From positions 66,280,001 to 66,344,000 of the forward strand of contig NC_086097.1 of NCBI RefSeq assembly GCF_963921235.1: 64,000 nucleotides of DNA, written 5' to 3'. Both the position numbers and the translations under genes were made by a program. The stretch's first letter is position 1. Each line of letters begins with the position of its first letter. The DNA comes from Mobula hypostoma (taxonomy: Eukaryota). Positions 1 to 13,590 of this stretch are shown here, one piece after another. The notes under the pieces were generated by a model, which worked only from the letters and a program-made list of their open reading frames with translations, made no database searches and was not told the DNA's origin.

Positions 1-2628
1 CCTCCCTGATGAGCTCAATTACTTCTACACTGGCTTTGACCGAGAGAACAAGAAGGTCACCCTCAAAGCGGATCTCCCACCTGGTGAACTGCCTCTCTCA
101 CTTTCCACCTTCGATGTTTGCGCCACCCTGAGCAGGGTGAATGTACGGAAGGCAGCTGGTCCAGATGGAATACCTGGCCGTGTGCTCAGAGTCTGTGCAG
201 GGCAGTTGGCCGGGGTCTTCATGGACATTTTTAATCTGTCCCTGGCAGTTGTCCCCACAAGCTTCAAGATCGTTACCATCGTGCCAGTGCCGAAGCATTC
301 CACTGCCATGGGTCTGAATGACTTCCGCCTAGTTGCACGCACCCCTATCATTGCAAAGTGCTTTGAGAGACTGGTTCTATCACATCTGAAATCCTGTTTG
401 CCCACTACCCTGGACTCCCATCAATTTGCCTATCGCACCAACAGGTCAACAGAGGACGCCATCTCCATAGCACTTCACTCTGCCCTGACCCACCTGGACA
501 GCCCCAACTCTTACGTCAGAATGCTGTTCATTGACTTTAGTTCGGCATTCAATACCGTGATCCCCTCCAAGCTGATCGCCAAACTTTGCCAGCTTGGTAT
601 CAGCTCATCCCTCTGCAATTGGACCTTGGACTTTCTGACTAACAGACCCCAATCAGTTAAGTTAGACAACCTCTCCTCTTCCACTCTCACCCTGAACACC
701 AGCGTGCCTTAAGGCTGTGTGCTGAGCTCTCTTCTGTACTCCCTTTTCACCTATGACTGCGTTCCTGTACATGGTTCTAACTCCATAATCAAGTTCGCAG
801 ACAACACCACAGTGGTTGGCCTGATCAGAGGGGATGACAAGACGGCCTACAAGGATGAAGAAGACCAAGGAGATCATTGTGAACTTCAGGCATGCTAGGA
901 GCCACACTCACGTCCCCATCTACATCAATGGAGCTGTAGTGGAGCATGTATCAAACTTCAAATTCCTTGGTGTCCACATTTCCAGGATCTCACCTGGTCC
1001 CTGAACTCTTCCATCCTGATCAGAAAGGCGCAACAGCGCCTTTATTTCCTGCACAGCATCAAGGAAGCTCGCCTCTCTCCCAGGATACTGACGGACTTTA
1101 CCGCTGTACCATTGAGAGCATACTCACCAACTGCATCTGAGTGTGGTATGGCAATTGTCCTGTATCGGACCGCAAAGCACTCCAGCGGGTGGTGAAAATT
1201 GCCCAGTGGATTATCGGCACCCAATTGCCCACCATTGAGAACATCTACCATAAACACTGCCTAGGCAGGGCAAAAAGCATTATCAAGGATGCATCTAAGC
1301 TGGGTCAAACAATGTTTTTGTAAGCTGGGTCAAACAATGTTTTTGCCAAAAGCTAATGAAATTGAAATTTTAATTCAAAAAGGGAAAATTAAAAAATTTA
1401 TTTCTTGTATGTATAATTTGATTCAAGAACAGACAATTAAACAAGGAACCCATAAGTCAAAGCAAAAATGGGAAACAGATCTGAATATTAATATTGATGA
1501 AATAAATTGGTCAAGACTTTGTCTGGACAGTATGACAAATACAATAAATGTTCGACTTAGATTAGTACAATATAATTTTTTACACCAATTATATATTACA
1601 CCACAAAAAATAAATAGATTAAATTCAAATCTGTCTGATAAATGTTTTTGGTGTAATCAAGAAATTGGTACTTTTTTACATTCTACTTGGTCTTGTTTTA
1701 AAATTCAACCCTTTTGGATAAATTTAAGAGTCTTATTGGAACAAATTACTGGAATTCAACTTCCACATAACCCTGTATTATTTCTATTAGGTGATATTGA
1801 AGGGATAAAACCAAATCTTAAATTGAATAAATATCAGAAAGAATTTATAAAAATTTCATTGGCAGTAGCTAAGAAGACTATAGCAGTTACTTGGAAATCT
1901 GATTCGTATTTAAGTATGGATCGTTGGAATAATGAGATGGCTAGTTCTATTCCACTTGAAAAAATTACTTATAATTTAAGAGATAATTATCTAACATTCT
2001 TGAATATTTGGCGCCCTTATTTACAAAAGATAGGATGTCATATTTAAGTGCTCCGATAAAGAATTTGGTTACTTGGGGAAAATAACGAATAATTATACCA
2101 AATTTATTTTGAATCCCATGGAGCATGTGGAAACCTTCCAATACCCAGGCAGCTCTTCTTTTTTTTTTCTCTTTCTTTCTTTTAGGTAGACTACATATAT
2201 GGGGGGGGGGAGGGTTAAGGGGAGGGGGGGTGGGTAGATTTTATCTTTTCATGTATTCTTTTTGAAAATTCAATAAAAATTATATTAAAAAAAAGGATGC
2301 ATCTCACCCTAACCATGGACTTTTTACTCTCCTCCCATCCGGTAGGCGCTACAGGAGCCTCCGCTCCCGCACCAGCAGGCACAGGAAGAGCTTCTTCCCT
2401 GAGGCTGTGACCCTGCTGAACCTCACATCACAATGCTAAGCAGTATTGCACCCATATTGTACTGTCTCAGTACTTTTATATTTGTGTGCTGTAGCACTTA
2501 CTTTTTATTCGCAGTTATTTTGTAAATAACACTATTCTTTGCATTTCTGGTTCGATGCTAACTGCATTTCATTGGCTTTGTATCTGTACTTGGCACAATG
2601 ACAGTAAAGTTGAATCTAATCTAATCTA
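1..2628 (+). mobile_element. Rex1/Babar-type LINE, 3' part (RT pseudogene), split by an L1-type insertion at 1297-2292
   Basis: ORF 137-712 has non-LTR RT motifs ([31 protein letters not shown]). Coding sequence resumes after 2304, and an (AATCT)n tail lies at about 2613-2628. Confidence 0.9.
1297..2292 (+). mobile_element. 5'-truncated L1/Tx1-clade LINE fragment (ORF2 C-terminal Cys/His region, 3' UTR, short A tail)
   Basis: AT-rich ORF 1289-2047 with CxxC-8-H-4-C (CFWCNQEIGTFLHSTWSC), G-rich 3' UTR tract at 2201-2234, AATAAA at 2272-2277 and an A run. A 12-bp TSD AAGGATGCATCT occurs at 1285-1296 and 2293-2304. Confidence 0.88.
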
Positions 2629-3423
2629 AAATGTATGTGGACAATATTTTATTAGTATTTCTTTCCTTGGAGAGAAAGATATCTTCCTCATGGATGGGAA
2701 TTGAACTTACAATTGCATGACCATGATACATGCAAGAGAATTAATTACCAAGTTATTTATAAAATTGATAGCCATTTTGAGTATTGTTGTATGTGAGAAG
2801 ATGGGCAGCGTAAAGGAGACTAAGTATAAATGGAGTGTGAGTTAGGTAGATTGATGAGCTTGTTAACTTTCTGACCGAATATCATTTAATATATTTCAGC
2901 TGGAAATTCCCAGCACATCAAGCGGCATCTGTGGAAAGAAAGAAAAACAGTAAAAATCTCAGGTAGTAGCTACTTTGTCGTAACTGAGAAAGAGAGAAAA
3001 AAATTAATTCTTAGACATGGAGAGATGGAGAGTGGGGGGGGTGTGGGTTGAGTATTGAAGGAATAAATTTAAGGGAATTGCTAGAAGAATTGGAGAGAAG
3101 TTGAGGAAGAAAACAAAGTGAAGTAGAAGATGGTGAGAATCTAACTCTCAACACAGACAGGGTAATGAAGAAGGCATTTGGTACGCTGACCTTCATCAGT
3201 CAGCCTACTGAGAATAGGAGTTAGGAATCTGTGTTGCAATCATATAAGCTGTTGATGTATATATAAGGTATAGATGCATTTGGGGTATTGAGTAAAGTTT
3301 TGGTTGCCCTGTTCTAGAAAGGATGTGATTGAACTAGATAGAATGCAGACAAAATTTACCAGACAACATTTACCTTGGACTTTGGGGGCTGACTTACAGG
3401 GGGGGGGGGGTGCTTGTGTAGAT

Positions 3424-6400
3424 TAGGTTTTTTTTGATATTATTGGTTGACAGGAGCGGCTGCAGGACATTCTAGAGTGGGAGGGTGAACAGCCAGTGGT
3501 CGTGGTGCACAATGATATTGGGAAAAAACAGGATGAGGTCCTACAAGGTGAATTTCGGGAGTTAGGAGATAAACTAAAAAGTAGGACCACAAAGGTAATA
3601 ATCTCTGGATTACTACCAGTGCCACGTGCTAGTCAGATTAGAAATAGGAGGATATATCAGATGAATACGTGGCTTGAAAAATGGTGCAAGGGGGAGGGAT
3701 TCAAATTTCTGGGGCATTGGAACCAGTTCTGGAGGAGGTGGGACCAGTACAAACAGGACGGTCTACACCTGGGCTGGACTGGAACCAATGTCCTAGGGGG
3801 AGCGTTTGCTACTGTTGTTCAGGAGGATTTCAACTAACGTGGCGGGGGATGGGAACAAGTGCAGAGAGACAGAGGGGTGTAAAATGAGGTTAGAAGCAAA
3901 AAGTAGTAAGGTGAAAAGTAAAAGTGGCAGGCTGGCAAATCCAGGGCAAAAATCACAAAGGGCCACTTTTCAACATAATTGTATAAGGGCTAAGAGTGTT
4001 GTAAAAGCAAGCCTGAAGGCTTTGTCTGTCAATGCAAGGAGCATTTGTTACAAGGTGGATGAATTAAAATTGCAGGTTGTTATTAATGAATATGATATAG
4101 TTGTGATCACAGAGACATAGCTCCAGGGTGACCAAGGATGGGAGATCAACATTCAGGGATATTCAATATTCAGGAGGGATAGACATGAAAGAAAAGGAGG
4201 TGGGTGGCATTCATAGTCATAGTCATACTTTACTGATCCTGGGGGAAATTGGTTTTCGTTACAGTTGCACCATAAACAATTAAATAGTAATAAAACCATA
4301 AATAATTAAATAGTAATATGTAAATTATGCCAGGAAATAAGTCCAAGACCAGCCTATTGGCTCAGGGTGTCTGATCCTCCAAGGGAGGAGTTGTAAAGTT
4401 TGATGGCCACAGGCAGGAATGACTTCCTATGACACTCCGTGTTGCATCTCGGTGGAATGAGTCTCTGGCTGAAAGTACTCCAGTGCCCAACCAGTACATT
4501 ATGTAGTGGATGGGAGACATTGTCCAAGATGGCATGCAACTTGGACAGCATCCTCTTTTCAGACACCACCATCAGAGAGTTCAGTTCCATCCCCACAACA
4601 TCACTGGCCTTACAAATCAGTTTGTTGATTCTGCTGGTGTCTGCTACCCTCAGCCTGCTGCCCCAGCACTCAACAGCAAACATGATCGCACTGGCCACCA
4701 CAGACTGGTAGAACATCCTCAGCATCGTCCGGCAGATGTTAAAGGACCTCATTCTCCTCAGGAAATAGAGACGGCTTTGACCCTTCTTGTAGACAGCCTC
4801 AGTGTTCTTTGACCAGTCCAGTTTATTGTCAATTCGTATCCCCAGGTATTTGTAATCCTCCACCATGTCCATACTGACCCCCTGGATGCAAACAGGGGTC
4901 ACCGGTACCTTAGCTCTCCTTAGGTCTACCACCAGCTCCTTAGTCTTTTTCACATTAAACTGCAGATAATTCTGCTCACACCATGTGACAAAGTTTCCTA
5001 CTGTAGCCCTGTAGTCAGCCTCATCTCCCTTGCTGATGCACCCAGCTATGGCAGAGTCATCAGAAAACTTCTGAAGATGACAAGACTCTGTGCAGTAGTT
5101 GAAGTCCGAGGTGTAAATGGTGAAGAGATAGGGAGACAAGACAGTCCCCTGTGGAGTCCCAGTGCTGCTGATCACTCTGTCGGACACACAGTGTTGCAAG
5201 CACACGTACTGTGGTCTGGCAGTCAGGTAATCAAGAATCCATGACACCAGGAAAGCATCCACCTGCATCGCTGTCAGCTTCTCCTCCAGCAGAGCAGGGC
5301 AGCTGGTGTTGAACGCACTGGAGAAGTCAAAAAACATGACCCTCACAGTACTTGCTGGCTTGTCCAGGTGGGCGTAGGCACGGTTCAGCAGGTAGACGAT
5401 GGCATCCTCAACTCCTAGTCGGGGCTGGTAGGCGAACTGGAGGGGATCTAAGTGTGGCCTGACCATAGGCCGGAGCAGCTCCAGAACAAGTCTCTCCAGG
5501 GTCTTCATGATGTGGGTGGTCAATGCCACCGGTCTGTAGTCACTGAGGCCACCGGGGCGCGGCGCCTTCGGCACAGGGACGAGGCAGGACATCTTCCACA
5601 GCACAGGAACCCTCTGGAGCCTCAGGCTCAGGTTGAAGACATGGCAAAATACTCCACATAGCTGAGAGGCACAGGCTTTGAGCACCCTGGTACTGACACC
5701 ATCCGGTCCTGCAGCCTTGCTTGGATTGAGACGTTTCAGCTGTCTTCTCACCTGTTCAGCTGTGAAGCCCACCGTGGTGGTTTCGTGTGGGGAAGGGGTA
5801 TAGACATGAGAGCAGGGTGGGGGACTGTGAGGAGGGGTAGGAGGGGAGAGTGGAATATGTGTTGGTTGGGGGCCGACAACAGATGACTCGTGGGGGATGG
5901 GCAGGGGCCACAATGTCAAATCTGTTAAAGAACAGGTTAAGCTTGAGAGGAGATTGCTGGTTAGAGAGGAGATTAACGCAATAGAAAGGAAGGACATTAG
6001 CCGGGAGGATGTGGAATCGATATGGGTAGAGCTGCATAACACTAAGGGGCAGAAAACGCTGGTGGGAGTTGTGTACAGGCCACTTAACAGTAGTAGTGAG
6101 GTTGGGGATGGCATTAAACAGGAAATTAGAAATGCGTGCAATAAAGGAACAGCAGTTATAATGGGTGACTTCAATCTACATATACAACGTTTGTAGATTG
6201 GGTGAACCAAATTGGTAAGGGTGCTGAGGAAGAGGATTTCTTGGAATGTATGGGGGATGGTTTTCTGAACCAACATGTCGAGGAACCAACTAGAGAGCAG
6301 GCCATTCTAGACTGGGTATTGAGCAATGAGGAAGGGTTCTTTAGCAAACTTGTCGTGAGAGGCCCCTTGGGTAAGAGTGACCATAATATGGTGGAATTCT

Positions 6401-8628
6401 TCATTAAGATGGAGAGTGACATAATTAATTCAGAAACAAAGGTTCTGAACTTAAAGAAGGGTAACTTTGAAGGTATGAGACGTGAATTAGCTAAGATAGA
6501 CTGGCAAATGATACTTAACGGGTTGACGGTGGGTATGCAATGGCAAGCATTTAAAGATCACATGGATGAACTACAACAATTGTTCATCCCAGTTTGGCAA
6601 AAGAATAAACCAGGGAAGGTAGTGCACCTGTGGCTGACAGGGGAAATTAGGGATAGTATCAATTCCAAAGAAGAAACATACAAATTAGCAAGAAAAAGTG
6701 GCTCACCTGAGGACTGGGAGAAATTCAGAGTCCAGCAGAGGAGGACAAAAGGCTTAATTAGGAAAGGGAAAAAAGACTATGAGAGAAAACTGGCAGGGAA
6801 CATAAAAACTGACTGTAAAAGCTTTTATAGATATGTGAAAAGAAAAAGATTGGTTAAGACAAATGTAGGTCCCTTACAGTCAGAAACAGGTGAAGTGATC
6901 ATGGGGAACAAGGACATGGCAGACCAATTGAATAACTACTTTGGTTCTGTCTTCACTAAGGAGGACATAAATAATCTTCTGGAAATAGTAGGGGACCGAG
7001 GGTCTAGTGAGATGGAAGAACTGAGGGAAATACATGTTAGTAGGGAAGTGGTGTTAGGTAAATTGAAGGGATTAAAGGCAGATAAATCCCCAGGGCCAGA
7101 TGGTCTGCATCCCAGAGTGCTTAAGGAAGTAGCCCAAGAAATAGTGGATGCATTAGTGATAATTTTTCAAAACTCTTTAGATTCTGGACTAGTTCCTGAG
7201 GATTGGAGGGTGGCTAATGTAACCCCGCTTTTTAAAAAAGTAGGGAGAGAGAAACCAGGGAATTATAGACCGGTTAGCCTAACATCGGTGGTGGGGAAAC
7301 TGCTAGAGTCAGTTATCAAAGATGTGATAACAGCACATTTGGAAAGCGGTGAAATCATCGGACAAAGTCAGCATGGATTTGTGAAAGGAAAATCATGTTT
7401 GACGAATCTCATAGAATTTTCTGAGGATGTAACTAATAGAATGGATAAGGGAGAACCAGTGGATGTGCTATACTTGGATTTTCAAAAGGCTTTTGACAAG
7501 GTCCCACACAGGAGATTAATGTGCAAACTTAAAGCACATGGTATTGGGGGTATGGTATTGATGTGGATAGAGAATTGGTTGGCAGACAGGAAGCAAAGAG
7601 TGGGAATAAACGGGACCTTTTCAGAATGGCAGGCAGTGACTAGTGGGGTACTGCAAGGCTCAGTGCTGGGACCCCAGTTGTTTACAATATATATTAATGG
7701 CTTAGACGAGGGAATTAAATGCAGCATCTCCAAGTTTGTGGATGACACGAAGCTGGGCGGCAGTGTTAGCTGTGAGGAGGATGCTAAGAGGATGCAGGGT
7801 GACTTGGATAGGTTAGGTGAGTGGGCAAATTCATGGCAGATTCAATTTAATGTGGATAAATGTGAGGTTATCCACTTTGGTGGCAAAAACAGGTGGCCAA
7901 TTTGGAAAAGGGGAGGTGCAACGAGACCTGGGTGTCATTATACACCAGTCATTGAAAGTGGGCATGCAGGTACAGCAGGCGGTGAAAAAGGCGAATAGTA
8001 TGCTGGCATTCATAGCGAGAGGATTCGAGTACAGGAGCAGGGAGATACTACTGCAGTTGTATAAGGCCTTGGTGAGACCATACCTGGAGTATTGTGTGCA
8101 GTTTTGGTCCCCTAGTCTGAGGAAAGACATTCTTGCCATGAAGGGAGTACAAAGAAGGTTCACCAGATTGATTCCTGGGATGGCAGGACTTTCATATGAG
8201 GAAAGACTGGATCGACAAGGCTTATACCTGCTGGAATTTAGAAGATTGAGGGGGGATTTTATTGAAACGTATAAAATCCTGAAAGGATTGGACAGGCTAG
8301 ATGTAGGAAGATTGTTCCCGATGTTGGGGAAGTCCAGAACGAGGCGTCACAGTTTAAGGATAAGAGGGAAGCCTTTTAGGACCGAGATGAGGATGAACTT
8401 CTTCACACAGAGAGTGGTGAATCTGTGGAATTCTCTGCCACAGGAAACAGTTGAGGCCAGTTCATTGGCTATATTTAAGAGGGAGTTAGATATGGCCCTT
8501 GTGGCTAAAGGGATCGGAGGTATGGAGAGAAGGCAGGTACAGGGTTCTGAGTTGGATGATCATCCATGATCATACTGAATGGCTGAATGGCCTACTTCTG
8601 CACCTGTTTTCTATGTTTCTATGTTTCT
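3424..8628 (+). mobile_element. Long CR1 LINE (ORF1 esterase-like region, APE endonuclease, RT, 3' tail) interrupted by a Rex1 insertion
   Basis: ORF 3496-3837 resembles the SGNH/esterase ORF1 (NDIG...DGLHL). APE motifs (NARSI, ITET, GVVYRP, MGDFN, SDHN) and RT in ORF 6202-7998 (KSPGPDG, YRPVSLTS, YLDFQKAFDKVPH, QGSVLGP, FVDD) are present, followed by an (TTCTATGT)n tail at about 8609-8628. Confidence 0.95.
4212..5952 (-). mobile_element. 5'-truncated Rex1/Babar LINE with an uninterrupted RT frame, nested in CR1
   Basis: ORF 4354-6276(-) carries KAAGPDG, LDPLQFAY, FFDFSSAFN, PQGTVLSP and FSDD motifs. The (CATAGT)n tail on + lies at 4212-4227, and CR1 APE coding sequence is continuous on either side. 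Confidence 0.93.
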
Positions 8629-10200
8629 CTGACATCTGGACCAGATGATCTGCACCCTAGGGTTCTGAAAGAGGTCATGTTAGAGATTGTGGAGGTGTTA
8701 GCAATGATCTTTCAATAATCATTGGACTCTGGCATGGTACCAGGGGACTGGAAAATCGCAAATTTTCCTCCACTCTTTACGAAAGTAGGAAGGCAGCAGA
8801 AAGGAAATTATAGATCAGTTAGCCTGACCTCAGTGGTTGGGAAGATGTTGGAGTCATTTGTTAAGATTGAGGTTAAGGAGTACTGGATCACACAGGACAA
8901 GATAGGACAAAGTCAGCATGATTTCCTTAAGGGAAACTCTTGCCTGACGAACCTGTTGGAATTCTTTGAGGAGATTACAAGTAGGGTAGATAAAGGGGAT
9001 GTAGTAGATGTTGTATATTTGGACTTTCAAAAGGCCTTTGACAAGGTGCCACACATAAGGCTGCTTACTAAGTTAAGACCCATGGTATTACAGGAAAGTT
9101 ACTAACATGGTTAGAGCATTGGCTGATTGGAAGAAGGCAGCGAGTGGGAATAAAAGGATCCTTGTCCAGTTGGCTGCCAGTGACTAATGGTGTTCTTCCG
9201 GGGTCAGTGTTGGGACCACTTCTTTTTATGCTGTCTATCAATGATTTAGATGATCGAATAGATGGTTTTGTTGCCACATTTGCAGGTGATATGAACATTG
9301 GTGAAGGGGCAGGTAGTGTTGAGGAGACAGGTAGGTTACAGAAGGACTTGGACAGATTAGGAGAATGGGCAAGATGGTGGCAAATGAAATGCAATGTTGA
9401 AACTAGAATGGTCATGCACTTTAGTAGTAGAAATAAATGTGCAGACTATTTTCTAAATGGTGAGAAAATCCGAAAATCTGAGATGCAATGGAACTTGGGA
9501 GTCCTCGTACAGAACACCCTGAAGGTTAACTTGCAGGTTGATTTGGCGGTGAGGAAAACAAATGCAATGTTAGCATTCAATTCAAGAGGGCTTGAATACA
9601 TGAGCAGAGATGTGATTCTGATGCTTTGTAAGGCACCTTGAATATTGTGAACAGTTTTGGGATTTTCATCTAAGAATAGATGTGCTGGCATTGGAGAGGG
9701 TCCAGAGGTGATTCACAGGGACGATTCTGGGAATAAAAGGATTATCATACGAGGAACTTTTGACAGCTCTGAGTTTGTACTTGCTGGAATTTAGAAGGAT
9801 GCGGGGGGGCGGGGGGGGCGGATCTCATTGAAACCATTCAAATGTTGAAAATCTGGAACAGAGTAGATGTGGAAAGGATGTTTCCCATGTTGGGGGAGTC
9901 TAGGACAAGATGGCATAGCCTCAGGATAGAGGAGCATCCATTTAAAACAGAGATGTGGAGAAGTTTCTTTAGCCAGAAGGTAGTGAATTCGTGGAATTTA
10001 TTACCACAGGCAGCTGTGGAGGCCAGGTCATTGGGTGTATTTAAGGCAGAGATTGATAGGTTCTTGATTGGACACTGCATCAAGGTTATGGGGAGAAGGC
10101 CAGGGAATGGAGTTGGGGAGGGGAAAAAAGGATCAGCCATAATTGAATGGCAGAGCAGACTCGATGGGCCAGATGGCCTAATTCTGCTACTATGTCATGG
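8629..10200 (+). mobile_element. Degraded 5'-truncated CR1 LINE (RT and 3' end)
   Basis: Frameshifted ORFs 8722-9105, 9144-9641 and 9842-10219 with CR1 RT motifs (YLDFQKAFDKVPH, GSVLGP). Confidence 0.9.
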
Positions 10201-10309
10201 GCATATTATCAACATTTAAAAGCCACTTAGTTAAGAATATGGTTAGGTTAGAGGGTGATGGACTTTGAAGAGTGATTTGTTTTGGTGTTGTTTAGTTGTA
10301 TAACTTTAG

Positions 10310-10386
10310 CAATATTATTCCCTCAAGAATTCTGAAATTGCAAAATTCTTCAAAGAGGCAACAACATCTCTCTACAATCAATTCCA
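10310..10386 (+). CDS. Possible upstream exon of the host gene (QYYSLKNSEIAKFFKEATTSLYNQF)
   Basis: AG acceptor (actttag), open frame and CA|gtaaac donor in phase 2, compatible with candidate exon 12250-12331. No homology support. Confidence 0.25.
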
Positions 10387-12249
10387 GTAAACTATCAAGA
10401 AATTGAGGTTCATTCAAATGGCAGGTGCAGGGCAGCTCTTATTGCATCAGAATGCTCATCTTCATTCAGACTAAATTTGGTATTGGTCACATCATTAAAG
10501 CCCAATTTAGCTACTCTGATGTCAAATTAGAATTACACTCTGATTATTGTCACAATCTGTCTACTCTTATATTTGTAGCAAACATACAAATGAGCCATGG
10601 TATATGTGATAAAAATGGTGTGAGTTTTGCTAAAAATGTGCACTTGCATGTGGTCCATAGCATTTCATCCAAATCAGACCTGCTTTATCTAAGCATGGGA
10701 TATGACAGAGCATAACTTTGGAGGTCTAGTTGTTTTGTTTACATGGGCTTGAGTGCATTATTATTTTCTCATCATTATTAAAATATCATGCTTGGTGTAT
10801 ACCCATCACCTGATCATTAATTGTCCCTTGCGGTATCTAGGAAATGGCTAATTTCAATTTAGAATGCCAGTAGTTACTATGGAGAAAGAAATAGAATCAG
10901 AACTTCTGATGCCAAGCTATTAAACTGAAATATCAACTCTGTGTTTCAATCTGCAGATGTTTGCCTACCTAATAAGTCTTTCCAATGTTTCCTGTGTTTC
11001 TCAAGATTTTCATGTTTGGTTTTGTATGCCAATGGCAATGTATGTGCCACTCTAAGAAAGTTCTCCAGCACATTTCAGCCTTGTCTTGGAAGTCTTGCTC
11101 TTTGGGCTTCAGGGAGGCTACTCAAACTGCAGTAGGAGCATCTCACTAGTGCTTAAGTGAAAGCACACTGGTAACTCAAGGTCTCCTTTTGTGCATTGAA
11201 AACACATTGCTGATAGTCCCTGTGTACCATACTGGCAGTGCCACAATCCAAACATATTTGAATTCCTTCTCCATAAGTGACTTTAACTGAGATTATAGAA
11301 ACGCTGTCATTTAAGATGACAGGCAAAGTATCAGTTTCAGAAAAAGTGGGAATTATCAAGAATATTTATTGAAATATTGGTTTGAAAGTGAATTGAAAAT
11401 GGATCTGATGAAGAAAGGGGTTAAAATGCACTATATGCTTGTTTTAACACAGTGTAGCACTGTGCTGATATCAGCAAAATTGTGAATTTTGAAGCTTTAA
11501 AAGATTTAATTTTTAGATAGCGAAAATGGGGAGAAGAACAAAGTGGTAGTTCATGCGGTTAAGCAATAGAAAAGTATTATTGTCAAATGATTTATGTTCA
11601 TGGTTATGGGCTAGGTTGGGCTGAAATGCAAATTGAGCTTTAGGCTACTGAGTCAATAGAATAATTAAATAAATTTATTGGAGAGGGCAGGATTATTGTT
11701 TTCAGTTGGTCATCTGCTTTCACGTAAAATAAGATGCATGACATAATTTACATGGTTCGTGTTGTGATAGTTGTAGTTCCGTATAGTTGTTTTTAAGTTA
11801 AAAGTTGGTACAGATTTAGGGTCTGTTTGCATAATAGTATTCTAACTAAACTTGATGATAAGATTAGAAAAAAAAATTAGTCACTTTTTAATAGATGCCT
11901 TTACATTTTCATGTTTACTTGAGTAAGGTTGAAAGCTTATTTTGGGGAAAGAATGAATAATGTGCTTTTCTGGCTAGACACTTCCTTCTCTGTCTGCACT
12001 ACATCTGGAAATATATTAAAATATACAGGAAACTAGATCTTTCCCATGGTTAATTATTGCACATCTGCCCGCTTTTTACATATGTTGACTCATTCCATAT
12101 GTGTAGATCTTTAAGCTGAATCTTTTGTAGGGATTCTGTTCTGACAATTTCACTGTGTCTTGTATTGCCTCTTATCTCTGGTTGAGAAACTATTCTAAAA
12201 ATAAGAAAGTAAAACTAAATTGCTGTTGTGTGGGCTGTCACCATCACAG

Positions 12250-12331
12250 GTTAAAGACTCCTAATGCCTTTGCTGTTATAACTTCTGGAATATCACCGTT
12301 ATCTACAAAAAAAAGCAGTGGAATCCCAGAA
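12250..12331 (+). CDS. Possible upstream exon of the host gene (LKTPNAFAVITSGISPLSTKKSSGIPE)
   Basis: cacag|G acceptor with a weak pyrimidine tract, open frame, and GAA|gttaga donor in phase 0, compatible with exon 20749. Confidence 0.3.
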
Positions 12332-12702
12332 GTTAGACGTTCAGATGTGCCTTGTAACTATTATAAGATTATAATAGTTACCTCCTCTGCTATCAAATTT
12401 TAATTTCCTTCATCTACTTGAAGTCTGTCACCATTCTGATTCAAAACTGCTAAAAGTATCTAAAAACATGGGCATTGGCCCATAGAAGTAATTGGAGGAT
12501 GTGTCACAGAGTATCATTTGGTGTTGTGATTGCTTCAGGTGTGACCTTAGCAGGGCAGTGATACCACCAGTGTTATACTCCTTCTGGGAGCATAGTTTGT
12601 CCATGCATTGAAGACAAAACTCCCAATAAAGGAAACCATAGTAGATGCAGTGCTCCGTATTCTTCATTGCTGGAAGTGCAGCAGATGTTGAAACCATTCT
12701 GA

Positions 12703-13590
12703 TGTTATGTAAACGGCAACAATGAATATCAATCAAGACAGGTTATATAAAAACAACCAAACATTTATTAAACATGGATAAACGATGAGGTAAAAAACCT
12801 TAAACTTTAACCGGAAGTTAACTGATATGCAGCTGTTCAACAACTCGTCACTCGGCACTGGTTTCTTAAGGCGTTAAATGCGAAAACAGTTCTTAAAGCG
12901 ATAAAGTCAAATATAGTTCTTAAGGCGATAAATTTGAAAGTCCAACAGATTTATACGTTCAATCGGGAGAGACTTCTCTGGAGAAGGACTTCTTCATAGA
13001 CACGACTTTCCTGCTGGTTCTGTCCACAGGATTCATGATGCCGAAAATAAACAGTTTAAAACAACTGATCTTAAATTCTTTTAGAGAGAGAGCAATCCTT
13101 TGCATGAACTCTTTGCTCTTATTGGCAAGAGTTATCTCCGATGCAGGTCGCTACACCTCCAACGAAGACTCAATAAGGTCGATCCTTTGTTAAACTGCCA
13201 AACGATGCCAACTCCTCTTGATCCTTTGGTCCTGTACTTCGATGAAGTCTTCACTCTCCCTTCTACTGTTGGAATTGAGTAAATCAGCACATCTAGCAAA
13301 AAATTCCAGTCCAATAATATTGTCTCTTGCAATAGAACACAAAACTCTGTTTTAAAAATGAAACTGTGTCACAAAAACAAACACGCAACAGAAACGGAAA
13401 CACACCGCATTCTACCTGGAAATCTACAAACTAAAAACTAACTGCGTCACCTGGGATCTTCCCTTATACACCCATAGTGCATATGTCATCATGTGACCTC
13501 ACCGGCGGGAAAATCACATCAGGTGACCTCCAAAAGACCATTACGTCATTCTCCCAAAAAAAAAACACAGATCTCCTTGAGCATGTAACA
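12703..13590 (-). mobile_element. Solo LTR (888 bp) with 4-bp TSD
   Basis: Termini TGTTA...TAACA flanked by CTGA at 12699-12702 and 13591-13594. Minus-strand AATAAA near 12765 and a TATA-like element near 13465. Confidence 0.85.

Noticed and set aside
2900..2965. Exon after tttcag
   Set aside because: The sequence resembles a decayed Penelope terminus (CTGGAAAT...GCATCTGTGGAAAG) and is not convincingly coding.
6202..7998. Functional or domesticated reverse transcriptase gene (598 aa; likewise 15618-17438)
   Set aside because: Ordinary CR1 ORF2 with frameshifts, 5' truncation or nested insertion, and no sign of exaptation.
12863..12932. CRISPR-like repeat-spacer array
   Set aside because: Only three short degenerate units with about 10-nt gaps inside a eukaryotic LTR, and no cas genes.
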